From positions 16,529,101 through 16,593,100 of the forward strand of contig NC_134025.1 in NCBI RefSeq assembly GCF_964204645.1: a DNA stretch of 64,000 bases, read 5' to 3'. The stretch is from Tubulanus polymorphus (lineage: Eukaryota > Animalia > Nemertea). Below, one piece after another: positions 1 to 11,299 of the stretch; position 1 is the stretch's first letter; the number at the start of each line of letters is the position of its first letter. The notes under the pieces were generated by a model. The model was not told the DNA's origin, made no database searches, and worked only from the letters and a program-made list of their open reading frames with translations. Position numbers and translations under genes: made by a program.

Positions 1-72
1 ATTACTTGAATTAGTCTCTTTGTCTCTGGATTGTATATATATATCTCTCATAATTTCTGTAGTATCTCATTA

Positions 73-112
73 TTCCTGAAGATGACTATTAGGATATAGT
101 CGAAATGTTGAA
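73..112 (+). ncRNA. Degenerate minimal type I hammerhead ribozyme (Penelope-like element pLTR)
   Basis: ttc-CTGAAGA-t-gactat/taggat/atagtc-GAAA-tgtt-gaa, followed by AATAAA. Core boxes and a 6-bp stem II are present; helix III carries a C>T change. Confidence 0.6.
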
Positions 113-136
113 ATAAACTACTATCTCGAAGTTTCA

Positions 137-274
137 TCATTGGATTGAACTTCAAAACAAAATTTACGATATTCAGGAGGGTTGTTATTCTATAGGCCTA
201 CGACCAATCCGTCCGGATGTTAGGCCTACGCATATACATAGGCTTACATAGGCTAGTAGCCTCTACTAGGTTAA
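137..274. repeat. Interspersed repeat; inverted copy at 28004-28152
   Basis: tcattggattgaacttcaaaacaaaatttacgata...cctctactaggttaa is the reverse complement of 28004-28152. Confidence 0.8.
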
Positions 275-498
275 AGCTAAGTTCACTGTAAAGGAGGAAT
301 CAGATTTATTAAAATGCATGTTAATTAGTGATTAACTGGTTCTGACTTGCGACGATCAATCACAATTATCAATTTTATTGGCAAAAATGAAGTTTTTTTG
401 AAAATTTCGTCTGAGCAGACAGCTTTATAAGCCAGACTTTTCATTTGAATTTTTTCATCATAAATGGAACAGGTATTTCATTAATTGCTAATGACTTA

Positions 499-802
499 AG
501 CCGGACGTAGGTCGGCTTTGCGACGGCTTGTGACTCACTGCAACGCCATTCACTGCGACTGCCAGCGACGATTGTGTCGCAACGACTCATCGACATATGC
601 TCCCTTGCGACAGTCACAAGGAGTCGCACGTGTTCTACTTTCTGCGACGCGACACGGCTGTCACAACCGACCTACGCGCTCTTGCGACTGGAGAAACTAG
701 TCGCACACAGTCGCTGACAATCGTATCGCAACGGACTTGCAGCGAAACTTGCGATGCAACACGAGGATCGCATCGCGTCGCAAGGCCGACCTACGTCCGG
801 CT
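499..802. mobile_element. PIF/Harbinger (Tourist-like) MITE
   Basis: TIR agccggacgtaggtcggc..tgcgacg / cgtcgca..gccgacctacgtccggct. TTA on both sides (496-498, 803-805). Internal GCGAC/GTCGC repeats. Confidence 0.8.
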
Positions 803-829
803 TTAAGTAACTGTGGAGCCCCAGAAATA

Positions 830-1360
830 TCTTTTTTTCGTTCATAAGACCTTTCGCTTGATAATCCTTTCATCGGAACAAAATCTATTTCGTTCGAATC
901 AATAATATTCTGTTCAATTGAACCAATTTGAACAAATCGTTAGAACAAAGTTGAAAAAACTTTTTTTTGTCCAAACGAAAGGTTTTTCGTTCGAACAATC
1001 ATTCGATCGAACGGAATCGTTTTAATTTTGAACAGAATTTTCTTGTCAAAAGCATTAAGTTTTTCGTTCGAACAAGTATATTGTAAAAAGTTTTTTCTTC
1101 GAACCAAAAGTATTAAGTATTTCGTTCAATCGAACAGAATTGTTTTCTCTCTGGTTTTTTCTCTCAACCAAATTTTTTTGCCGGGACAAAAAGTTCTTCA
1201 TTTCAACAAACATAGCTTTTTATTCGAACACATTTTTGTCAGAATGAAGAAAAGTTTTGGTTCAAACAAAAAGCGTATTGTTCGATCAAACAGAATTGTT
1301 TTCATTCGAACAAGATTTTCTTGTCGGAACATTAAGTTTTTTGGTCGAACGGCGTGTTAA
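830..1360. repeat. Degenerate TTCGAAC(A)-rich tandem region, probably the interior of a non-autonomous DNA element
   Basis: Dozens of ttcgaac/gttcgaa/cgaacaa motifs spaced by T/A runs. Confidence 0.55.
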
Positions 1361-1380
1361 GGTCGTTTTGGAAATTTACT

Positions 1381-1680
1381 CGGTATATTTTGGATTACAG
1401 TGTATGTCAGGACATTAAACAGAAGACGACTTAGGATACTACTTTGCGTGACTCCACTAGTTAGACCGACTTATTCCAAGATTCTGTTGATTTCGGCTAC
1501 AAGTTTTTGTTCAGAGATAACTGCTGAGCCATTTGAGTGACCTATCATTGACACCGCTTTCTAATAGCCTGTTTAGTAATGGCTGATGTTGAACCTTATC
1601 AAATGCTTTGTCAAAATCCACCGTTGAACAGGATTCAAGACTGTGCAGAAAACCCGTTATCGCTGCTATGCAGCTATATT
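1381..1680 (-). pseudogene. CR1/L2-type RT fragment carried in a repeat (second copy 26213-26530, + strand)
   Basis: Minus-strand ORF reads VDFDKAFDKVQHQPLLNRL...SLKWLSSYL (non-LTR RT motif). The whole block is the reverse complement of 26213-26530. Confidence 0.75.
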
Positions 1681-2025
1681 GAGCATTCAAAGTTTGGTAT
1701 TTTTTCGTGATATTATGTTCCATCCGGAAAATTAATACCTTCATTGTGTGGAGATCACTTGGGCTCTTTCAGCTTATCTCTGCTCTTCAACGGTTCAGAC
1801 CGCAGCCTACATAATCACGCTTTTGGCGTCATTATGAGAAAGCTGCGCTCTGATTGGTTGTGTAGGGAATACACTCAGCAGCTGGGGTATTCCCCAAAAA
1901 ACCAGTTTAGATGAACACAAAATTGCACGTGGGATACACGCCATTTTGACATCTTGGGTAAGTGCAGTTCATCTTTTTTGCTGAATATGATAGAATTATC
2001 TAATGTAGCGTAAAAACCCAGTTAA

Positions 2026-2404
2026 CACATTCGCTGGCGCTGACGAGATAAATCGTCATGCAGATTGCCATGACGAGTTATATCATCTATTCAACGTCAT
2101 TTCATAGCGTTATGAATGACCTGGCAGAGGCGAGAAACCTACTAAGAATTGTCTGGCAGTATGGAGAGACTAAGGTGTCAAGACTCAAGTCTGGTGCACA
2201 CTTGAAAACTTTTTGATAAAAATCTTCAGAAAGCAAAGCATTTTATCTTCTTTTCCAGCAAATATTTAAAGAGAATATAACAACTAAAATCATTTTATAT
2301 CATTTTTACCATGAAACTTTTATCTTTTGGATATCTTAGATTTTTCACACTGACAATGGGGACAAGAAAAAAGAAAGGATCTCTTCACCATTGCCAGTGA
2401 AGAG
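2026..2404. mobile_element. Degenerate piggyBac-like MITE
   Basis: ttaa-cacattcgctggc ... gccagtgaagag-tta. Subterminal gacgagataaatcgtc palindromes like those of the 48415 element. Confidence 0.45.
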
Positions 2405-2423
2405 TTATCTCGTCATTGTTTTT

Positions 2424-2660
2424 TTAGCATTGGTTGACGTCATGCCAATGCTAGTAAAATGGATCGAAAATAGTAGTACGAAAAAATAGCGCCGACTCTT
2501 CTCATTTTCATAGTATCTTCAAATTGTCACTCCATTCACGTAAAACATTAGAAACAGCTGAAAATGACTAAAAAAAATGTTTCAATGATTCCCCACCACA
2601 TAGCGTCGCCAGATTTCTGATTTAACGATCCAAAAAATTATTCGATCGCATTTTTCTCGT
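2424..2660 (+). repeat. 5' end of a HINE-like repeat; copy at 17673-17921
   Basis: ttagcattgg..ccaatgctag terminal palindrome, then atggatcgaaaatagtagtacg..., near-identical to 17673-17921. Confidence 0.7.
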
Positions 2661-4414
2661 GAAACTTGAATCGAAAAACATTATTCCTTTGAATTTTTGT
2701 TGTAGAGGCTGTAGAAATTCATTGCAAGTTTTTGTAGAGTTTTGAAGTGTTAGTTTTCATCGTTTGACTACTTAGTCTTAAATGACTATGAAAAATAGTA
2801 AATAGTAAACGAGTATGAATTTATTTATTCCTTAGTGAGATCGAAATCTGTGAGTGCTTATAAGACACTGTATAGTATGCTTGTGTTGCTGAACTATAGG
2901 TGAACTATGGAACAGCAGTAACAGTGCTGAGAGCTTGCTATAGTGTACTTTAATAGCTTCATAGCAGCGGATTTAAATCTGCATCTTCAATTTGATCGAT
3001 TTAGCCTATTCAAATTACTCAGTGATTCTTTGAAATAGGTTTATGCAATCGACAATAGATCCTTCTACCTCCCTGGCCAGTTTCAAAGCTGTAAAACAAT
3101 CTGGCATTGAGATATACCTAAAAGAAAATTCACGCAGTTTCCTCAAAATTCAATGCATTTCTATAGACACTATTTCTCAGCTCTGCCTTTGATGACGTTG
3201 CGCGCACCTGCTGATTTAGCCACCACTTAACAGTAAGCGATGTTAACAAGGAAATGAGGTAAAAAATCATGTTATAAAACCACAACTTGCGCGTAAACTA
3301 GTGTCAGTTACCCTTTACGTATGGCAATGCTGGGTCCAATGCGGATGGAACTCTGACTTTGATTTAATCCGTCAATGTCTTAAGCCCGCAAAATTCTTAG
3401 AAAAAGTAAACAACTGCAATGTTAGCAGGTTTTTTCTGTCAATTTATCTAGAGGCAAACTGTCATCTACCTAGGCTGATGTGTAACGTAGCTACATTGCA
3501 TCGATATGAAAGTATCCAGCGTAATTTCTAGTTGCATGTGATTTTTTTTCAACCTCATGCCTTTCTAGTAATTATTAATCATCAATTCAAATTTCTCCTT
3601 TATTTATGTCACCTGGGACCTCTTAGCTGCATATGGGCTGTGTAACCATAAAATGAGAATATATTTCCATTTTTTTTTCAGATTCATTGTTCTCAATTTC
3701 TGCTTCGGGATCCCTCCCTGCCTCGTGCAAGTTTTTTTTTCAGTATTTCTGTCATTTCAATATTGGACGGGACAAGTAATTGAGACAGTCATCTTAGACT
3801 TGCATGGGGTTTGGGGGATGAATGAAAATGGCTTGGCTGGGTGGGAGCATTTGCCAACATTTTTCTTAAGCCAACGGTAACTAGATCATTGGGTTTTTCA
3901 TCGCCGGCCTTAGATATCCTAACTTGATTAGCCCCAACAGTGTATTGAATACATTGTATTTGTGTTTGGATTAGGGAGAAACTAAATTGGTACATTTTTC
4001 ATTGTTTCAGATTTTGACAAATAGATGTTGAATGATATGTACAATCCCTACCTACACTAGACAGTGGTTTCTATTCGTCTATACTACAGCAAACACCGCT
4101 TTCCTCGGAATAGCTTTGAAATCAATACTCCATGAGAGTAAAGGCATTTCCTATCTGAAACAACCTTTTGGTACCAGCACACGCAGTAGTGATAGATCGG
4201 ATCCCTCAGACCGCACATTTAAAAAAAGTTGAAGTCAATATGATTCAAGTCTCAGCGGACTATTTTCTGTTCTGTTCATCAACAACTTGTTGGCAATCAA
4301 ACTGTTATGTGTTTTGAAAAATATCGAGAAGCAGATCGATTTTGATTTAATCACATATGTTTCATTAAGCCACCTATCTTCACTTCAAATCCATAAAATA
4401 GAGAGCTTGAATGT

Positions 4415-4695
4415 TTGAATTTTGAAAAAGGAACTCGTTAAAATTCTTATGAGCTTTTTCGCGAAAATGTGAATGCGAAAATATCTGTTTTAAGAAGCCA
4501 ATCAGAAAGCAAAGACTCCTCTATGATTGGCAGAGATAAGCAAGTGTTCATGTGTTCCCACATTATCATCTACTTTTTTACTTCCAGGGTTTATTTTAAG
4601 ATTTAAAATTATGTTTCAAGATCGATTTCTGTGAAATTGTTAGTTGATTTGGTGTTTGGTAGGAATATTTTTATTTGCACTACAGAAAATAGAGC
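4415..4695 (+). repeat. Internal fragment of the HINE family at 38478-39290 / 56793-57569
   Basis: Shares tgaattttgaaaaagg...atcagaaagcaaag...gatttctgtgaaa...atttgcactacag with both copies. Confidence 0.7.
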
Positions 4696-5959
4696 TATTA
4701 ATCAGATCCGTTTTCTCTATCTGCGCGAAGTAGGTACGCGATCGCGTAATGACTTTTTGCACGGGTTGTTACTTTGCGCAGAATAAACCTGCGCGAGCTG
4801 TGATGAACAGGTGCGCAATCGCGTATTGATGTACTGCATACTGTGCGAGTCCTTCGTGCAGAATGAACCTGCGCGAGTTGTGATGAATAGATTTTACTTT
4901 ATTCAATTAATTATCCAGCGATCAAGATTTTCCACTATTTGAATTTGTCAAGAAGCAATATTTAGAAATGTTGTTATTTGTAAATTATCGCTAAAAAGCT
5001 AAAGATATAATGGTTTTGATTTTATATGCCTAAAGACGATAATTACATTGATGTAGTGTATCAAACTTGTAACTTGTAGTATATCTAAATAGTGATACTA
5101 TACGTGAAAAGTAGCTTAAATTACCTTTATCTGTTTATTAATCCTAATGTCATGAAATGATCCTGGTCTTGTTATATGATTATATTAGTGTATTCCAACA
5201 TGTCCTACGTAAACTGAACGGTTCTGTTCTGGCCCAAGCTTATATTTTATTAATTCTATCGTGCACGCGAACTTTATTACATTTTATCGCACGAGAACTT
5301 AATTACATTCGATCGCGCGCGTTAAAGCCTGGCACACACGAGGCAATTTTTAGTCGTCGTGTTGCGACCGATTTTTTCTCGCGAAATGCCGCACACCTCG
5401 TTCAAAAATCTAAAAATATAAACCATTTTTTTATCACTTCCACTTATCCACAAAGAATAACCACACATCCTGATTTCTTCGAAAATTGTTGGTCGTTGAG
5501 CGTTGGTCGTTTTCCGTTGTAAATGATGTTGTAAGTGATGATAAGTGTTTGAAGAATCAAAGAATACTGTTTAATGTGCTGAGAAATTGCAGATTTTTAT
5601 ACGGTTCTTCTATCGTTGTCTTCAGAGTTTTTAGAACAATTAGTTTACACAGCTTTTACACAGCCGGTATTTTAAAATAAATTGGCGAATGGGATTACTC
5701 ATTAGGCACGTGCCACAATTTCTGCTTTGTTTAACATTTTGGCTACTTATTGTAAGAATTACTCGCATTTGAAACTTAAAGAATACCGGTATCAATTGTA
5801 ATGCTTTCTTTGTTCGTTACCTCAGGTGCCAACACTGGATCGGTACTTAGTTTAAAAATGCATTTAAATAGTAGTTTATACTAGACTTATAATTAGTTAA
5901 CGGCAGAAATTCATAATAAATGTGTATAAACATAGTAATCAAGTTATATCCAGTCAGGC

Positions 5960-6530
5960 GTATTCCATCCGACGGCGCCAGGTGCCTTCAGAAAATATTG
6001 TTCCGCGTTCCCCTTTCTCTATTGTCTTTTTCCTCTATTACAAACCCCGGTCCCTGGCGAGAAAGTCGACCACGAACACAGAAACCCGAAAACCAAAGAA
6101 TGAAAAGGAACTCCGGATTTAAATATGATGATATTCAACTTTTATTCTAACAATTCAAACATTACTATAATTTCAACAATTTATAATATTCCCTACCTTT
6201 TAATTTTGAATTTCGTTGTAAATCCCTCACAAAAGATACAGTTTAACCGGATAGCCGAAATTTATCTTTTCTATAGTCTTCTAATGCTTCCCCTAAAAAT
6301 GCTCTCTTAAATAGTCTGCTCTCTCTCGAGGTGTGGCCCCTTTTATACGGCTGAGTCCACACCCAAGAAAAATCCAGAACCCTGCTGCGGCCGGCCGTAA
6401 TAGGGAACGAGCATCTAACGCCACACCATGATGCAGAGCTGGGGTCCTGATTCTTAGACTTTTCATTCGCTGCTAACTTTAACCCGACCCTTGACGTCAT
6501 GATACCTGCTGGTCTGCTCTCCTTCTCAAC
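5960..6530 (-). mobile_element. Possible LTR remnant with tRNA-Ser-like PBS
   Basis: Minus strand has a purine tract gagaaggagag, TATAAAAGGGG, and ...ggCA-cc-TGGCGCCGTCGGATGG. No partner LTR was found. Confidence 0.3.
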
Positions 6531-7687
6531 AGCACCAAATAAAAGAGATTACATACTATTTTTCCAATTCATTTATTTTAATTTATCCAATGATCACAAT
6601 TCCCAGAATGAACGGTATTTAATTTTGTGTAAATAGTAATATACAATATAAGCCGAAATATCAATTTTCTTATTTATGTTCTTTATCATAATTAGTACAT
6701 TCAAATTTAAACATACAAACTTTTATTAATTAAGATAATAAAACTCTTTAATATTACTCTCAGCAGATGTTCACTTGAACCCGCGGTATCATCTACCATT
6801 TTATTTCCTGGTTTTATTTTTAGATCTAACGTTGTATTTCAAGTTCACAATTTTTCAACATTGTGGTTTCATTTTAGGACAATCTATCGTATGAAATTCT
6901 ATTGTGGAAGACCAAGATTAGAAGAGCATTTTATTTGACTACTTCGGATCATGTAGCCGTCTAGATAATCATTTACTTATTGGCTATTGTCTTTTTTCTC
7001 TGCACGAAGGAAAGTTGCCAACAACTGTATCAGTCACTGCATAAGAGATAACATCCCTTATCGTTACCTGTATAGTTTTAACCTGCATTCGCTTCCAAAT
7101 TCAAATTCAAGTATTGTTAATGTTAATCTTGCTCTGAATGCACTTTGGTCGTCAAATATGGTGCCATTGATTTAATACTGTTGTATATTCTACAATATTT
7201 TGACAAAATGAGTGAAATTAGGAAAAAATGATGATTATCTTAAAATTCGGTGATTCAGTGGTTCATCGATTCAGTGAAGTTCGAACAATGTGCATTTTGG
7301 CTCAATATAATCTTATTTGTTCCTTGAAAAAGTCTCTTAGAGATATTGACGTTCTAAATTTCTTGCTATATAGAGGTCATTACTTTTGGTTTGTAGTCTT
7401 TTCGTGGTCAGTGCAGTTTGTTTATTCGTTCATCCATCACTGTCTAGTAAAGCCAGTGGAATTCACAAGCTGACTGATAGCTGCTGTTGGGCTTTTAGTT
7501 ACCCGATTTTTAGCTGAGGAATTGGTCTAGTATAGACATAGCTTACAAGGGGGCATCAGAGACGTACCAACTCATCTTGTTTATCTGGGAATTCCGATAT
7601 TATGTTCTGTAGCTGAATCAACAGGTAATAGAATGATAGATATGTATCCCTTACAATGATCCAAATCAATTTTCTTGAATATTTCAG

Positions 7688-7931
7688 TGTCTCTGGCGTT
7701 GTTATGCTGCTGATGTCCGATCAAATTCTATTGCAACCTGGAAACTTTACATTCAGGATCATGGACGTGGTAATCATCCAAATACATTTACAAAGGTTGC
7801 TCGGCGAGCAAGCGTTATCAAACGAAGGAAATTTTCAAAGACTAAGTTAGATATTAGTTTTAACAATCATATTGACAAAAAGGAACCACCAGAATCATCA
7901 GTTGTGTTATTTACAGGTGATGAAAAACCCG
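7688..7931 (+). CDS. KCNQ1: KCNQ1-like K+ channel exon (helix A/IQ region and A-B linker)
   Basis: ttcag|TGTCTCTGG translates CLWRCYAADVRSNSIATWKLYIQ...FTGDEKP and ends g|gtaagt (phase 1). Confidence 0.9.
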
Positions 7932-8034
7932 GTAAGTTAAACAAATTGTGAGAAACTAGATTTATATTTCTACAGAGATACCTATTACTAAATTATATAG
8001 GAAGGTAATTAATTATGTTCCATTATATTTCCAG

Positions 8035-8143
8035 CCACTCCATCTAAATGTAGGTCTGAATCAGTGTCAGTTGGGAGCTATGGACAACAAGACGATGATG
8101 ATTATTACCAAGAAGAAAACATGCAACCCACAAAATTAGTTCA
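8035..8143 (+). CDS. KCNQ1: KCNQ1-like exon (A-B linker)
   Basis: ttccag| ... |gtgagt. Phase 1 in, phase 2 out, matching both neighbours. Reads ATPSKCRSESVSVGSYGQQDDDDYYQEENMQPTKLV. Confidence 0.8.
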
Positions 8144-9404
8144 GTGAGTTTATCCAACAGAATTATCCAAGCGCATTTAGCGCAATCAGAGCTGGCACAT
8201 CAATGCATTTATATTTTTCAGAAATTGTGTAATAGTCTTGAAAAAAGTCACATTTGTACATGCAATACTAAGGTATAGGGTTAATCTTTGAAACATTAAC
8301 CCCTTAAAGATTGCAATTGTTTCTGAATTCCATCTTCTTAGAGTTTCAATAAGTCGCAGTAAATTCACGATTTTCACTTGTTAATATTCCACCTGCTTTA
8401 GAGCTGACATGGTTGAATGGCATCATATGAAAAAATAGCTCAGACCCTTCTCATTTTCATTCTACATTTACATCAAAATACAGCTCAGGTAGAATATAAG
8501 ATACAGTAAAAAAATGTCGCAATCATAATGCTTCTATTTTTCACCACATGGGTTCGTCAATTATTTCATCTTATTTTTACTCAAAAGTTAGTCGGTAGAT
8601 GAGAAAATAATGGTAGATAGAAAATATTGGCTTACATTTCTTAGGCTGATTTCAGCATCTGTTTTTCGCACTTAATACAGTCCTTTTATCATAGAAATCA
8701 CAAAACCTTTTGTAAGTACATAGATATATGTGCAATATGCCAACCGACGTGATTGGTTCATACAACTGCCACCAGAGGAATGTGAAAGCATCGTCATTGT
8801 TTTTCACCGTCACTTTTTTGCAAAGTTGTGGCTGAAAATGTGATTTTCTGTAATCGAAACATATCGAAAACGGCCACATTGCCGCTCAAAATTGATGAAT
8901 GTGGGTTTATCTGATAGCTTGACCACGATTTACTGCTTTAAACACCAATTTTACTGGTCTAGGCCACTAGGTTGCAAAACTATGGTTGAAAATTCAGTCA
9001 TGATTTTCAGTAATGGCGGTGTAGACCATTTTGAAAACCCGCCATATTTCAAATATAAGGTTGGCCTAAGATTTCGATTGTGTCTTTAGATTACTTTACT
9101 CCTACCACCCTACGCTAACTCAATGCCAATGGTAACCTTTGTGTCATGACTTGAAGTTTGAAGTAATTTAGCCCTCCTATTAATGCAGTTTTCAACGGTC
9201 TGGCCAATCGATAATCATTCTTATGCTTAATACACTATGCTCAAAGCTATTCTTAGCACACTCAAACACAATTTCAGTAGAATGTAATTTCACTACTAAT
9301 GGGCGAATTGAACGGATTTAGCTTTGTTTAATCATGATTTCATAACATTGAACAAGGTGGATCAGCTGGTGCGCGTTGTTTCACAAACAAAATGGCGGCA
9401 CGAT

Positions 9405-9991
9405 TGAATAGGTTGATATCATTTCTCTAGTGCGAATATTGATACTCAAGGCTATTATATAACGATTTATTGTGTGCAATGTGTTCAATGAACCATCTAG
9501 TTTTGATGCCGTGCGCAAGGTAACGTTGCATCAAGACATCTGACGAAAATGTGGTTTCAAAATGCGTAAATTTACTTCCGTGTTCGCCACACGGCTGATT
9601 TACTGATGGCATCGGATTTTAGAGATGAATCTGATATATACACGACTGGAATACTTGTTTTATCATCATTCATTGAAGCTTAAGCGATCCGTTTTGGAGC
9701 CTGATTATTAGTATTAGTTTGTTACCTGTGGCACAGAAAACAGTTGTGTACAGTCGCGTAGGCAATATAGCCTTATACTCTCGTGTTCACTGCGTGTATG
9801 TATCAGTTATAGAGTACGTGCGCCACGGTGTAGGTCGCGCGTAACAACGATTTTCTGAGTGAAGATGTAAGGTACTAAAAGCAATCCTATCGTGAAATTT
9901 TTCGTAAATCACAAACTGCCTAACATATAAAAAGATAATTCATGCTTGAAATAGTACACTGAAATTAGCTAAATCCAGTTTATAGTATTCA
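9405..9991 (-). mobile_element. 3' LTR of a decayed BEL/Pao element
   Basis: TGAATA...TATTCA terminal inverted repeat. On the minus strand it is preceded by the PPT ggcgggaggata and the integrase remnant. The left boundary is inferred. Confidence 0.55.
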
Positions 9992-10149
9992 TATCCTCCC
10001 GCCAAATGGCAGTGTTTTAATTCATATAAGAAGATTTACAATTCGTCTAAATCAAAATTCAAGTATTCATATACAGCATATTACAACATCATACATGCTT
10101 ACTATAACATAATAGTTACAATATAAATTTTTACATGAACCTCAATAAT

Positions 10150-11000
10150 TACACATTATCCTTCCGCCCTGCCAAAGTAGCGATCCTCCTTCTAGCATCA
10201 ATTGCAGCAAGCTGTATTGGCCGTATGAAGGAATTAGTATCAACTGAAGAGCCATCGACTTCCTTATCAGGAATCAGAAAGGTTGAACGTAAAGTTTCCA
10301 ATGGAAATATTTTAGATATCGATCGTGATGTAAATCCTGAAGAAGTTTTCAATGAAACTCAACTAACCAAACCATCACAACCCTTATGCAGCTCTGATAT
10401 AATCCCCAATCGCTACTTTGTATGAAGACCTTCATTGTGAATTTGAACTACTTCACCTATTACCAGAGGGTTGAAACCACAACATTTGGTTCCATGAATA
10501 TCTTGTAAACTCAATACATAATCTTTTTTCAACGTTTCCAAAATCCATTAAGTAATGTTGACAAAAATTCTATCTACCAACATAGAATGAGCGACAATAA
10601 AGTCGGGGTCTATCAAATATTCTGAAACTTCAGGATGAGGTAAAGTTTATGACCAAACGAAAACAGAGATGGAGTTAACGGCTCTGGGTCTACAATTTCT
10701 GTTGAAACGTATGTAATTGGTCAGTCATTTAAATGAGCCTCTATATATTTATCAAAAATGTATTCAGTTCATCGAAAGAGATTGAAGCTCTACCTTACAC
10801 TTTCTTCAAACAGTTCTCAACAAGAACAAGCATTCTTTCATAGAATCCAACATGCCAGGGGCACATTTAGGTATGAATTGCCATATCATACGACGATCTG
10901 CCGAAAAGCGAGATACTTCCTGTGATGAGATTAATATTGCTTTCAAAAAACATTCCCTGTACTGACATAATAGCCAAGTTGCTTTAGACGACTGGCGCCC
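10150..11000 (-). pseudogene. BEL/Pao integrase C-terminus (DUF5641-type), many stops and frameshifts
   Basis: Minus frames give WQFIPKCAPW..GFYER, DPEPLTPS, FWKR, GEVVQIH, DGLV..VSLKTSSGFTSRSISKIFPLE. Confidence 0.8.
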
Positions 11001-11299
11001 ACCATAAACGAGTTTGAGAGTAAGCCAACCATCAGCTGGCGCCACTTACCCTTATCTTTGTTTTATGGCGGGTAGAAAGATGTTCTTCACCGACTAACTT
11101 TACTGGCTAAATCGACATTTTCATGGGTGAGAGTGATCAATTGATCGTCTTTTTTATTAAAATCTTTTTCGGTCTGCAACCGCCCTCCATTTCCCGCACG
11201 TTTCAAGTGACAGCGGCTTATTCCTTGCACGTGGCCGTTCTTGGTTATATTATTTCAGGTCATGTAGGCCATTTTTAAAGATTTTAAAAGGCCCGGAAG

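Noticed and set aside
7917-7931. Possible 15-nt microexon after ttacag
   Set aside because: It is the end of the continuous open exon 7688-7931, so no separate exon is needed.
8001-8004. ag|GAAG|gt micro-exon
   Set aside because: The downstream intron would be only 30 nt and the frame would break.
10135-10425. Signal-peptide-like ORF on the + strand
   Set aside because: It is the antisense shadow of the BEL integrase remnant.
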